The position numbers and the translations under genes are program-made. Shown here one piece after another: positions 40,297 through 48,851 of a stretch of DNA of 64,000 bases. Source of the stretch: Nitrospira sp. Lineage in GTDB: Bacteria > Nitrospirota > Nitrospiria > Nitrospirales > Nitrospiraceae. Below the pieces are notes generated by a model. The model made no database searches, was not told the DNA's origin, and worked only from the letters and a program-made list of their open reading frames with translations. The stretch lies in the NCBI GenBank assembly GCA_035277085.1, contig DATELB010000123.1, positions 13,591 through 77,590 on the forward strand. The letters run 5' to 3'. How positions within the stretch are numbered: the first letter of the stretch is position 1; each line of letters starts with the position of its first letter.

Positions 40297-41316
40297 ATGA
40301 AGAACCGCACGGAACTTTTGGGACACTTGCTGGTCATTGTCTGTGCCGGCGCGATCGGCGCAGTTGCGCTGCAAGAGGATCGTGCACTCGCCGCCTCAGC
40401 CATCTATTATTGTCCGGACAGAAAGGCGGACCAACAGTATTCGGCACAACCGGGTCCCGGCTGCGTACCGCTTGTGAACAAGAAAACGGAAAAGAAGCCG
40501 GATCTTCTCTCGGACGAGCCGCAACGACATTTTCATCCTGACAACCTGCCGCAGGACGTGTCCGCGTTTCTCGCTCGTTATCAAAAATTTTTACAATGCT
40601 GCAAGACGGATTCGGGTGAGTTGCGGGAGATCGAGGATATGGCCGACGAGCTCGACCAATTGCTAGATTCTACCCAAACGAACCTCTCGAACTACTCTCT
40701 TGCATCGAGAGGAATCATGCTTCGGGATCTGATTCCGCGCGTCGCCAAGGCACGAGGAGACATCAAAATCCTTCGTGCTCGCCTCGACAAAATCGGGGAA
40801 CTCTCAAGCCGGAGGGAGGCCCTTGAACCAGAAGAAAAAGGGCTGGCATTGCAAAGGATCAGGGAACTCGAGGAATCGATCGAACGAGACATTCAGGCGC
40901 CGACCTTACCGGGAAGTGCAAAAACAGGCGCCGGCATCGGCACAGCTCCGGCTGCCGGCCCGGCCATCGGCCGAAGCCCCAAGACCGGCGCAGACATCGG
41001 CCAAGAGGGAGTGACGGGCCAGGATATTGGCGCAACTCCGAAGAGCAGCCGAAACATCGGGGGCGGCGGAGTCTCAGGCTTTGAGATCGGAGCCACGGGG
41101 CGGGCAGGTCCGGACATCGGAGAATCCACCCTTAACCAGGAAATCTCATCGGGCGTTAGCTCAACACTCCAGCGATCGACGATCGGCTCGAGCCTTTCAG
41201 ATTCTACCGTCGGTTCGAACATCAACTCCTCCACCGTTGGCTCCAGCATGCAGGATACGTCGGTGAGCTCCACTTTGGGAGGATCGTCGGTCGGCTCGAG
41301 CTTAAAGGCCCGCTAG
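40297..41316 (+). CDS. Secreted hypothetical protein: DUF4124-like N-terminus, coiled coil, C-terminal tandem repeats
   Basis: Signal peptide ending ALA; AIYYCPD...QQYSAQPGPGC; helical middle region; 7x10-aa and 5x9-aa repeats. Confidence 0.75.
   Translation: MKNRTELLGHLLVIVCAGAIGAVALQEDRALAASAIYYCPDRKADQQYSAQPGPGCVPLVNKKTEKKPDLLSDEPQRHFHPDNLPQDVSAFLARYQKFLQCCKTDSGELREIEDMADELDQLLDSTQTNLSNYSLASRGIMLRDLIPRVAKARGDIKILRARLDKIGELSSRREALEPEEKGLALQRIRELEESIERDIQAPTLPGSAKTGAGIGTAPAAGPAIGRSPKTGADIGQEGVTGQDIGATPKSSRNIGGGGVSGFEIGATGRAGPDIGESTLNQEISSGVSSTLQRSTIGSSLSDSTVGSNINSSTVGSSMQDTSVSSTLGGSSVGSSLKAR
40921..41301 (+). repeat. Intragenic tandem repeats (7x30 nt, then 5x27 nt)
   Basis: KTGAGIGTAP/AAGPAIGRSP/KTGADIGQEG/VTGQDIGATP/KSSRNIGGGG/VSGFEIGATG/RAGPDIGEST, then LQRSTIGSS/LSDSTVGSN/INSSTVGSS/MQDTSVSST/LGGSSVGSS. 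Confidence 0.9.
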
Positions 41317-41318
41317 CA

Positions 41319-42383
41319 TCACACTCCCGCGTTGTGCGTGACGGCAGGCATAGATTCCCATGTCTCTCCAGCATCCTGGCTGCGATAGAGGCCGCTGCCA
41401 TTCGTGCCGGCATAAAATATATCTGGGTTTGTCGCACTTTGAGCGATTGACCGGATGTTCGTGCTGGCGAACCCTTTGTTGAGTGTCTTCCAATTCGCTC
41501 CTCCGTCCCCGCTGCGATGGACTCCGTCGCGGCCCGTGATATAGATGACGCCTCTCTTGCTGCGGTCCAGAATCATGGAGATAATCATCTGATCCTGAAG
41601 CGACTGCCCGATGCGATCCCACGACGCCGCCCCGTCGGTGCTTTTAAACAGACCTGAGAGCGTGGCTGCGTACACGGTGTCCGGCTCGAACGGATCGACA
41701 TGGATGGACGTCACGTTCAATGCTCTTGACGACTTGATCATCTCCGGCGGTACCAATCCGTTGTTCACCTTCTCCCAATGTCCGCCTTCGTTCACGCTCT
41801 TATAGACTCCTCCGCTGGTGCCCGCGTAAAGAACAGCAGGCCGCGTCGGATCCATTCCCATCGCCACTACCATCAGCACCTCTTTCATACCTTCCATCTT
41901 CTTGACCCAGCTTCCTCCGCCGGTCTTGGTCTCAAATATGCCCATTGTCGTCGCGGCAAAGATATGATTGCTGTCGTACGGATCAAACACGAACTGGTTG
42001 ACGACGGATGAAATTGTCGCATCGTCCAAGCCCGAGCGCATGGAAGCCCACCGCTGTCCGCCGTCATAGCTCTTATAGACGGCGTCCCCTTTTGTCCCCG
42101 CATATACCGTAGCCGGATACGACGGGTCGACCGCCATGGCAATGACCCGCGAGTGGCTCATACCCCTTGAGATATTCGCCCACGTCTTGCCGCCATCCCT
42201 GGACTTGTAGATGTAATCGTTGGTAGTGACGTACAGGATGTCGGGATTTTTCGGATGTAGTTGAATGACGACGATGGGTTCGCTGCGATCGCACGCAGCG
42301 AGCGCAAGGTGGGAAATTAGTACACCTATAAGAGCCAACGAGGGGAGTCGCGCATAGTGCCGTCGGAAAGCGCCGCCTGTCAT
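41319..42383 (-). CDS. BNR/Asp-box beta-propeller lipoprotein (Ycf48/VPS10-like)
   Basis: Lipobox LAAC. Asp-boxes SRDGGKTW, SYDGGQRW, STDGAASW, SGDGGANW, SQDAGETW. Confidence 0.85.
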   Translation of the reverse strand: MTGGAFRRHYARLPSLALIGVLISHLALAACDRSEPIVVIQLHPKNPDILYVTTNDYIYKSRDGGKTWANISRGMSHSRVIAMAVDPSYPATVYAGTKGDAVYKSYDGGQRWASMRSGLDDATISSVVNQFVFDPYDSNHIFAATTMGIFETKTGGGSWVKKMEGMKEVLMVVAMGMDPTRPAVLYAGTSGGVYKSVNEGGHWEKVNNGLVPPEMIKSSRALNVTSIHVDPFEPDTVYAATLSGLFKSTDGAASWDRIGQSLQDQMIISMILDRSKRGVIYITGRDGVHRSGDGGANWKTLNKGFASTNIRSIAQSATNPDIFYAGTNGSGLYRSQDAGETWESMPAVTHNAGV

Positions 42384-42877
42384 CGATAGTTGGTGAACTG
42401 CAAGTCGATACCGAAATCCTTGCCTCGCAGAAATGCGATCGCGGTCTGCAGCTCGTCCTTGCTTTTACTCAAGACGCGAACTTGTTCGCCCTGAATTTGC
42501 GCCTGCACCTTTAACTTCGCATCCTTGATCGCCTTTATAATTTCTTTTGCCTTCTCGGATGCGAGTCCGCTGTGGATCTTGGCCGTCTGCCGAATGGTAC
42601 CGCTCAATGCCGGCTCAGGAGCCCCGTAATTAAATGCCTTCAGCGAGACGCCGCGTTTCACGCATTTTGCCTTGATGATATCCTGCACGGCCTTCAGCTT
42701 ATAGTCGTCGTCTGAAACGACCACCAGCTCCTTTTCCTTCTCTTTCAAGTTGATCTCGGTCTTCGAATCCTTGAAATCAAACCGTTGCTTGATTTCTTTC
42801 GTCGCCTGATCGAGCGCGTTCTTCAGTTCCTGCATGTTCACTTCCGATACCACATCGAATGAAAATTGATCCGCCAC
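42380..42877 (-). CDS. yajQ: YajQ family nucleotide / c-di-GMP-binding protein
   Basis: GTG start 42877 after GGAGG. SFDVVSEV, RFDFKDS, KVQAQIQGEQVRV, QFTNYR. Confidence 0.95.
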   Translation of the reverse strand: MADQFSFDVVSEVNMQELKNALDQATKEIKQRFDFKDSKTEINLKEKEKELVVVSDDDYKLKAVQDIIKAKCVKRGVSLKAFNYGAPEPALSGTIRQTAKIHSGLASEKAKEIIKAIKDAKLKVQAQIQGEQVRVLSKSKDELQTAIAFLRGKDFGIDLQFTNYR

Positions 42878-42901
42878 GTCGGCCTCCACTGGTTCGGTGT
42901 T

Positions 42902-44905
42902 TTAACAACACCCTGTGCCATTCGGCAGGCGGAAGGCGTCCTCCTCCTGAGTGACGGTCGCACGAAAACTCCCGGGAGCTCCCCCACCGGCCATCACGAC
43001 GATTTCGCTGCTGGTAAACGGACGCTTTTGAATGAGATATCCGTACCATTGTTTCATACTGTCGCCGAGCACGACCAATCCCAGAACGGCCACGACCATA
43101 ACCAAGGCCGCATCGAAGTACAATGCAACCGCATTCCCAGCGGTCGCGGTCGTTGCAGCAGCTAAGAACATTCTGAACATCTCATACGAGCCGGTCAACG
43201 TGATGACACCGACAAAGACCATCGGCAGCGCCGTGATCCAGAGATAACGGGACTTTCGCATTTTAATCAGCACCGTTGTGCCGATGCACAGCGCGAGAGT
43301 TCCCAAGAGTTGATTCGCGGCGCCGAACATGGGCCAAATCGTGGAAATGCTCCCCGTGGCGATCAGACCTGCCCAGCCTCCCACCACTAGACCACTGGTG
43401 ATCAACACCCCGGGCAGCCAATTCAAGCGCCGGAACGGTGCGGAAATCCTGCCCGCCATCTCCTGTATGAGGTACCGCGCAACCCTGGTTCCCGTGTCGA
43501 TCGTCGTGAGAATAAACAACGCTTCGAACAGGAGGGCAAACTGATACCAATACGCCATCAACCCAGCCATTCCCGGTAATGCCGAAAAGATAGAAGCCAT
43601 GCCCACCGCCAGAGACACGGCACCGCCCGGCCGCCCCGCGACGTCAACCTCCACCAACCGCGAAAGCTCCTCGATCCTTTGGGGCGGGAAACCCATGGCC
43701 GTAAGCGTATCCGCTGACAACGTCGTATTGATCGAAAAGTAATCACCGGGCAGCAGGACGCTGGCGGCAATCAAAGCCATGACGCCGACAAAACTCTCGA
43801 GCAGCATGGCTGCATATCCAACCAGCGCCTGCGATTCCTGTTCGATCATCTTGGGGGTTGTGCCGGACGACACCAGCGCATGGAAGCCTGAAACGGCGCC
43901 GCAAGCAATGGTGATAAAGAGAAACGGGAACAGTTCTCCGGGAATGATAGGACCGCCGCCGGCGAGAAACGGCGTCACACGCGGCATTTGCAGCGTTGGA
44001 GCCAACACAATGACTCCGAGTCCAAGAAGAAAGACGACGCCCAGTTTCATAAATGTGGACAGGTACCCTCGAGGCACCAGCAGCATCCACCCCGGCAATA
44101 CGGACGCGAGAAACCCATAACCGGCCAGGAGCCAGACAAGCGTCGATTTCTCGAATTCAAACCATGACCCAACGGAAGATTGCCCCACCACGCGCCCCGT
44201 CACCACGGCAATTATGAGGAGCGCGATGCCGAGCAGAGAGACTTCCGCGACTGCTCCAGGCCGGAATCTCTGGAGATAAAAGCCCATGACAAACCCAATA
44301 GGAATGGTCATCGCAATCGTAAACGTCCCCCAGGCGTTGTGATACAGCGCATTCACGACGGCAAAACCGAGACCTGCCAGGGCGACCACGACGATGAACA
44401 GAACGGCCACAGCCGTTGCGGTTCCAGTCACTACGCCCAGTTCATCATGTGCAATCTCCGGCAGTGACCGTCCATTGCGGCGCATCGAAGCGACCAGGAC
44501 AATGAAATCCTGCACGGCTCCGGCGAGGACCGCCCCGATCACCAACCAAAGAAACCCGGGAAGAAAACCGAATTGTGCGGCGAGTACCGGCCCCAACAAG
44601 GGGCCGGCTCCGGCAATTGCTGCAAAGTGATGGCCAAAAAGGACGGCGCTGTTGGTGGGGTGAAAATTGATGCCGTCGTTCAACCGCACCGCAGGAGTCA
44701 CGCGCTGATTGCTGAGTTCGACAACCCTTTGCCCGATCCACCGCCCATAAAAGCGGTACGCCAGCACATACAGGCAGGCCGCGGCCACGACCAGCCAGAG
44801 ACCGTTCACCTTTTCGCGGGGAGACAGCAGGCCGGTGACGATGGCAAGGGCGCCGGCACCCGCAAACGCCACGACTGCCCACAGCACAAGCCTCAGTGCC
44901 GACAT
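42902..44905 (-). CDS. cstA: Carbon starvation protein A family transporter
   Basis: FGHHFAAIAGAGPLLGP, PRGYLSTFMK, IACGAVSGFHALVSSGTTPK, IWPMFGAANQLL. Start proposed at ATG 44905. Confidence 0.92.
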   Translation of the reverse strand: MSALRLVLWAVVAFAGAGALAIVTGLLSPREKVNGLWLVVAAACLYVLAYRFYGRWIGQRVVELSNQRVTPAVRLNDGINFHPTNSAVLFGHHFAAIAGAGPLLGPVLAAQFGFLPGFLWLVIGAVLAGAVQDFIVLVASMRRNGRSLPEIAHDELGVVTGTATAVAVLFIVVVALAGLGFAVVNALYHNAWGTFTIAMTIPIGFVMGFYLQRFRPGAVAEVSLLGIALLIIAVVTGRVVGQSSVGSWFEFEKSTLVWLLAGYGFLASVLPGWMLLVPRGYLSTFMKLGVVFLLGLGVIVLAPTLQMPRVTPFLAGGGPIIPGELFPFLFITIACGAVSGFHALVSSGTTPKMIEQESQALVGYAAMLLESFVGVMALIAASVLLPGDYFSINTTLSADTLTAMGFPPQRIEELSRLVEVDVAGRPGGAVSLAVGMASIFSALPGMAGLMAYWYQFALLFEALFILTTIDTGTRVARYLIQEMAGRISAPFRRLNWLPGVLITSGLVVGGWAGLIATGSISTIWPMFGAANQLLGTLALCIGTTVLIKMRKSRYLWITALPMVFVGVITLTGSYEMFRMFLAAATTATAGNAVALYFDAALVMVVAVLGLVVLGDSMKQWYGYLIQKRPFTSSEIVVMAGGGAPGSFRATVTQEEDAFRLPNGTGCC

Positions 44906-44949
44906 GCGCAGCATCCTAGCACAAATCACTCGCTGTCTTTGGGATCCAG

Positions 44950-44983
44950 CGCCTCGCCCGGCCACTTGCGGCCCGGCGAGGCG
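44950..44983. terminator. GC-rich hairpin downstream of hsp20 (no U tract)
   Basis: CGCCTCGCC/GGCGAGGCG 9-bp stem plus inner GGCC/GGCC. Confidence 0.4.
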
Positions 44984-44999
44984 TTCAGTCAGGCAGGAG

Positions 45000-45434
45000 T
45001 TAACCCTCGATCATAATACGTCGCGGCTTGGCTTCATCACGCTTCGGAAACGATATCGTCAGCAGGCCGTTCTTGGAGCTTGCGGAAGCCTTCTCCTGGT
45101 TGACGCTCGTCGGCAGCTTGAAGATCCGGACGAAGCGGCCATCGGCAATCTCGCGAATCATATGCTTACGCGAGCTAGTGGCTTCTTCCGTTCGCTGGCC
45201 TTTGACACACAGCATGTTGTCAGTGACCTCTAGAGCCACATCCTTCGGCTCCCAGCCTGGCAACGCCATTTGGATATAGAAACCATTTGAATCTTCCCAT
45301 GCGTTGCAGGCAGGAACCCATGCTCCTCCGGCGGTTCCAAAGGCACTTAACGCGTCTTCAAACATTTGGTCGATCTGTCGGTCAAACGCATCCGGACGCA
45401 CCGTCGAAAACACAGTCGGCAGATAGGTACTCAT
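45000..45434 (-). CDS. Small heat shock protein (Hsp20/alpha-crystallin)
   Basis: LPGWEPKDV, L.VKGQR, FVRIFKLP, NGLLTISFPK, RRIMI; strong SD GGAGG. Confidence 0.93.
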   Translation of the reverse strand: MSTYLPTVFSTVRPDAFDRQIDQMFEDALSAFGTAGGAWVPACNAWEDSNGFYIQMALPGWEPKDVALEVTDNMLCVKGQRTEEATSSRKHMIREIADGRFVRIFKLPTSVNQEKASASSKNGLLTISFPKRDEAKPRRIMIEG

Positions 45435-45641
45435 AACTATCCTCCTCCTCTCCGCGAGAGGTCCGTTATGGGGTTATAGGGTGGTTAGGCCCGATCATCG
45501 ATGTCGCCTGGTTCAACCGAGCCCAGTCGTAGAGATAATCGTCGAGGGCGCGGAGTCAAGTGGGCAATGGCCGAAGCGCGGCCGACCGAGACCGGACTCT
45601 TAATATGGTTTTTAAACTGGCCTATCCCCTCCAAGGCGGGA

Positions 45642-45684
45642 GGAAATTCTCGGCACTATGCCGGAATTTTCCGCTCTTTTTTTT
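45642..45684 (+). terminator. Intrinsic terminator-like hairpin with U8 tract in the hsp20/sORF intergenic region
   Basis: GGAAATTCTCGGCA-cta-TGCCGGAATTTTCC (imperfect stem), then GCTC and T8. Confidence 0.45.
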
Positions 45685-45848
45685 GCCGGTTGGCCCGTGC
45701 CAACCCGCTCGCTGGCCGGCTTAGAGGCCATCGGGCGACGGCGCGTGAGAAATCAACGACTTGCCACCTCCTTCTTTGTAGGTATTACTCTGGCCCTGGC
45801 ATTGCAGAGCCCAAGGGCATGCTGATCAATCTGAAAAGGAGATGCACG

Positions 45849-45959
45849 ATGTCCCCCTTGCTGTTGATGCTGCTTCTCAGTCTGGTTCCTTTTCCAGTGC
45901 TCGCGATCGCAATTGTTGCCGAGCGCTGGATGAAGGCACCTACTAAGTCCGTTTCCTGA
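45849..45959 (+). CDS. Small single-pass membrane protein, 36 aa
   Basis: SD AGGAG upstream of ATG 45849; MSPLLLMLLLSLVPFPVLAIAIVAERWMKAPTKSVS. Confidence 0.55.
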   Translation: MSPLLLMLLLSLVPFPVLAIAIVAERWMKAPTKSVS

Positions 45960-45960
45960 A

Positions 45961-45996
45961 GGCGCTCAAGCGGATGCCCCGCATCGCTTGAACGCC
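45961..45996. other. Stable intergenic stem-loop between the sORF and a PilZ gene
   Basis: GGCG-c-TCAAGC-g-GATGC-ccc-GCATC-GCTTGA-a-CGCC; 15 bp paired, no U tract. Confidence 0.55.
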
Positions 45997-46009
45997 GAGG
46001 TACCAACTG

Positions 46010-46333
46010 ATGACGAGCCATCGCCGACAATTCCGGATGCCGGTCTCACGGTGCGGCCTCGTGACGAAGGATCACACGACCGGGCTCTGCGAAATCATGG
46101 ACATCACCGAAGATGGCCTGCATTTTTCGACAGACATGTTTCTGCATACGGATGACATGGTACGCATCGAGTGCCAACTCGAGGCCGATTGCATCATTCA
46201 GTGCGGACTCGTGGTTACACACGCGCACGCCCCTCGTTTTGGCGGGCGAATTACGCATCTACTGCCGGAACATCAACAACAGCTGGCATTGTTTATTCAG
46301 CGCTTGATCATGTCCAGCATGGCCGGAATATAG
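46010..46333 (+). CDS. Stand-alone PilZ domain protein
   Basis: RRQFR (RxxxR) and DITEDG (D-x-T/S-x-x-G) motifs; beta-barrel pattern ending in a helix. Confidence 0.8.
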   Translation: MTSHRRQFRMPVSRCGLVTKDHTTGLCEIMDITEDGLHFSTDMFLHTDDMVRIECQLEADCIIQCGLVVTHAHAPRFGGRITHLLPEHQQQLALFIQRLIMSSMAGI

Positions 46334-46335
46334 CG

Positions 46336-47313
46336 ATGGCTTCCGACACGACGCACGATACAGACCCGTCCTCACAAATCATTCCGGCCTTTTGCCTCAT
46401 TGGAGTGGTCGCATTGCTCAGTGCGATTACCCCAACGATGAAGTATGTCCTTCAGCACAGCAGCCTGACATTTCTCTCCATCGCGAACGGACGTATCGTC
46501 ATCGGCTTTCTCTTTCTCGCCGCCGTCACGGCTTGTTTTGATGGGAAAGGGCTACGGTCGCTCGGCATTGCCGATACCGTGCGTTTTGGCCTTCTCGGTT
46601 TGCTTGGCGTGGGATCCTATGTGGTGGCGGCATACGGACTTGTGTATACGAATGTCACGCACTACGCGTTGATTTATAGTCTCCTTCCCACCTTTACCGC
46701 CTTTTTCAGCTGGTGCCTCTCCAAAGATCGCCTGACAGGCTCCAGTCTCATCGGGATCGTACTGTCCTGGGGAGGTTGTCTGGTCGCCTTATTCCCAACT
46801 CTCGAACCGCGAGCAATTGACTTCGCATCGGGAGATCCGCTGGTACTGCTTTTCACATTCATGATGGCCGCGCATATCGTTTTCAGCATGTCTATCGTGA
46901 GGCACCATGGCGTTCTTACCGCCAACACCGCGATGTTCGGCATCACCGCACTTTTAGTCTCGGGTTGCACCGTTGCTTGGGGGGAGCCGGCGCCGCCGAC
47001 TGATCTCTGTTGGACGGTTTTGGGCGGCGTGCTCTTTATCGGACTAGGAACGGCCAGTGTCTTCCTGTTGCGTTGCCGATCTTTGCAGTCTTTGACGCCG
47101 GCAACGGTGGCCGCCTATCACAACTTCATTCCGATCTGCACGATCGGTATCGCCCATCTCTCGCTCGGGGAACCCCTCACCGGGCAAACGCTGGTCGGGG
47201 CATCGGCTGTTTTATTGGGAACCGAGTTGGTACGGCGAAAGCCAGCTCTGGGGTACCAACCGGCCTCGCAGCGCCGGTGGGAACTGTCTGATGCGGCCGG
47301 AAAGCGTTCATGA
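46336..47313 (+). CDS. EamA/DMT family transporter
   Basis: About ten TM helices in two repeats, with GL.YTNVTHYALI and GEPLT...LVGAS; start reassigned to ATG 46336. Confidence 0.85.
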   Translation: MASDTTHDTDPSSQIIPAFCLIGVVALLSAITPTMKYVLQHSSLTFLSIANGRIVIGFLFLAAVTACFDGKGLRSLGIADTVRFGLLGLLGVGSYVVAAYGLVYTNVTHYALIYSLLPTFTAFFSWCLSKDRLTGSSLIGIVLSWGGCLVALFPTLEPRAIDFASGDPLVLLFTFMMAAHIVFSMSIVRHHGVLTANTAMFGITALLVSGCTVAWGEPAPPTDLCWTVLGGVLFIGLGTASVFLLRCRSLQSLTPATVAAYHNFIPICTIGIAHLSLGEPLTGQTLVGASAVLLGTELVRRKPALGYQPASQRRWELSDAAGKRS

Positions 47314-47391
47314 AAAGACGAGGACAGAGGCACCGATTCCGCCCCTCCAAGGAGGGATACTTTCGTCGGTTCATGCACAGTACACTGGCGC

Positions 47392-47763
47392 ATGCACGAG
47401 ATGAGACCGTACCATCGGGGTCTTTACCGGCTCGCAGTCACCTACCCTGCCATGTACTGCGTCACGTCGACCGTAGGAGAGGGAAAAGTCACCAACCTAT
47501 CGGCCATGGGATGCGCCATCGAGACGGACGAGCCGCTCCTGATGAATCAGCAGATGGCGCTTCGTCTGCTCCTTCCTGACAAATCGGATTCATTGCCCAT
47601 CGACGCCGCAGAGGTAAAATGGGTCACAGGCACGCGGGCGGGTGTAGAGTTTATACACTTGGAGCGTGAAGCCAACCTTCGCCTGCATTCATTCGTGTGG
47701 GACAAGATGATTGAGCGAATCCAACTCCTTCAGCAGCAGCGGGCCGCCTCACCGAAACTCTGA
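47392..47763 (+). CDS. Stand-alone PilZ domain protein
   Basis: RGLYR, NLSAMG, A.V.WV, AGVEF. Confidence 0.8.
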   Translation: MHEMRPYHRGLYRLAVTYPAMYCVTSTVGEGKVTNLSAMGCAIETDEPLLMNQQMALRLLLPDKSDSLPIDAAEVKWVTGTRAGVEFIHLEREANLRLHSFVWDKMIERIQLLQQQRAASPKL

Positions 47764-48747
47764 CGCGCCCCGCTTGCCGGCTCTTCCCATGGCAGCCAAA
47801 CAGAGAAGCCCGATCCCGATCCAGACCAATTCACGGAAGCGCCTCAAGAGCGCGAATGTGATGCCTGTGACGTCCGAATAGCCAAACGCCTTTAACAGCA
47901 GCAAATTCCCTCCGTCCTGCGCTCCTAGGCTCCCCGGAATAAAAAAAGTTCCTCCCTTGATGAACACCGCCAAGGCTCCGATGGAAATCGCGGACAAGAG
48001 ATTTGCCGGTTCCCCCAAGCACGCGATTATGACGTAGACTTCCACCGCTTCGGCCAGCCAGCCGAGAAGGTAGAGGCCCGTGGACGCATAGAAGGCGGAT
48101 CGATACCGTGTGTAAAAATCGAGGATGATGCCGTCCAGCGAGCGCAGTTTGTCTTCGCGCGCTTCCAGAAAGGCAATATGGAGTCCGAGCCCCCGCAGGA
48201 CACGGAGACCCAACATGAACATCCCGCGTTTTTGCACGAAAATGAAGGCGCCGATCCCAAAGCACAGTAAGGCGGTGGATAGCAGTGCGCCTGCGGCTAT
48301 CTGACCCGAGGAGCCGGAAGAACCGAGCATCCAGAACGCCAACACGATACCGACGAGGATGAACAGCACTTGCGCGAGCGTCATAATGGTTTTGGCGATG
48401 ACGACCGACGCGAGGCCCTCAACCAGTGGAATCTCGTGTCGCTGGAGGAGATAGGCCTTCAGCGGCTCACCGCCCACGTATGCGGTGGGCGTCGTCATAT
48501 TGACAACTTCACCGGCTGTTCTGATCGCCAAAATCTTCCAAAATGCAATTGCCTTTGCCGCTGAGCCGAGCGTGAGCTTCCACCCGTAGGCTTCAAACAC
48601 ATACATCACCAGCGAGGGAATCAAGATGACAGCGAGTGCGCCCGGTCCAAGCCGCGCGGCCGCTTCATAGATTCTCTCGGGACCGATATGCCAGACGAGG
48701 AGACTGACCGTAAGAAAGCCGAGGACAAATAGCAGATAGCGCCACAC
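47749..48747 (-). CDS. UPF0104 / lysylphosphatidylglycerol synthase TM (flippase-like) protein
   Basis: Multi-TM; NMTTPTAYVGGEPLKAY, PGSLGAQDGG, LLRRFRELVW. Probable GTG start at 48747. Confidence 0.85.
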   Translation of the reverse strand: MWRYLLFVLGFLTVSLLVWHIGPERIYEAAARLGPGALAVILIPSLVMYVFEAYGWKLTLGSAAKAIAFWKILAIRTAGEVVNMTTPTAYVGGEPLKAYLLQRHEIPLVEGLASVVIAKTIMTLAQVLFILVGIVLAFWMLGSSGSSGQIAAGALLSTALLCFGIGAFIFVQKRGMFMLGLRVLRGLGLHIAFLEAREDKLRSLDGIILDFYTRYRSAFYASTGLYLLGWLAEAVEVYVIIACLGEPANLLSAISIGALAVFIKGGTFFIPGSLGAQDGGNLLLLKAFGYSDVTGITFALLRRFRELVWIGIGLLCLAAMGRAGKRGASEFR

Positions 48748-48851
48748 GCTAGCAGGCGGGACACGAGGGCCGGGACATGGGAACCGGCGCAGCCCACACG
48801 TCCCCGGTTGATTGTACGAGCAGGTGCCGGTGCATGGCTTCCCGTCAAAGA

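Noticed and set aside
42902-42910. Selenocysteine recoding at the CstA terminal Cys
   Set aside because: Codons are TGT TGT TAA; there is no in-frame TGA.
45435-45560. Sigma32 promoter, CIRCE, HAIR or RNA thermometer for hsp20
   Set aside because: CCCCATAA has no -35 at the right spacing; no CIRCE or HAIR palindrome; the CCTCTC/GAGAGG hairpin leaves the ATG-proximal GGAGG free.
45540-45848. c-di-GMP or fluoride riboswitch upstream of the PilZ/EamA unit
   Set aside because: GGCAATGG resembles the fluoride motif start, but the remaining conserved elements of both riboswitch classes are missing.
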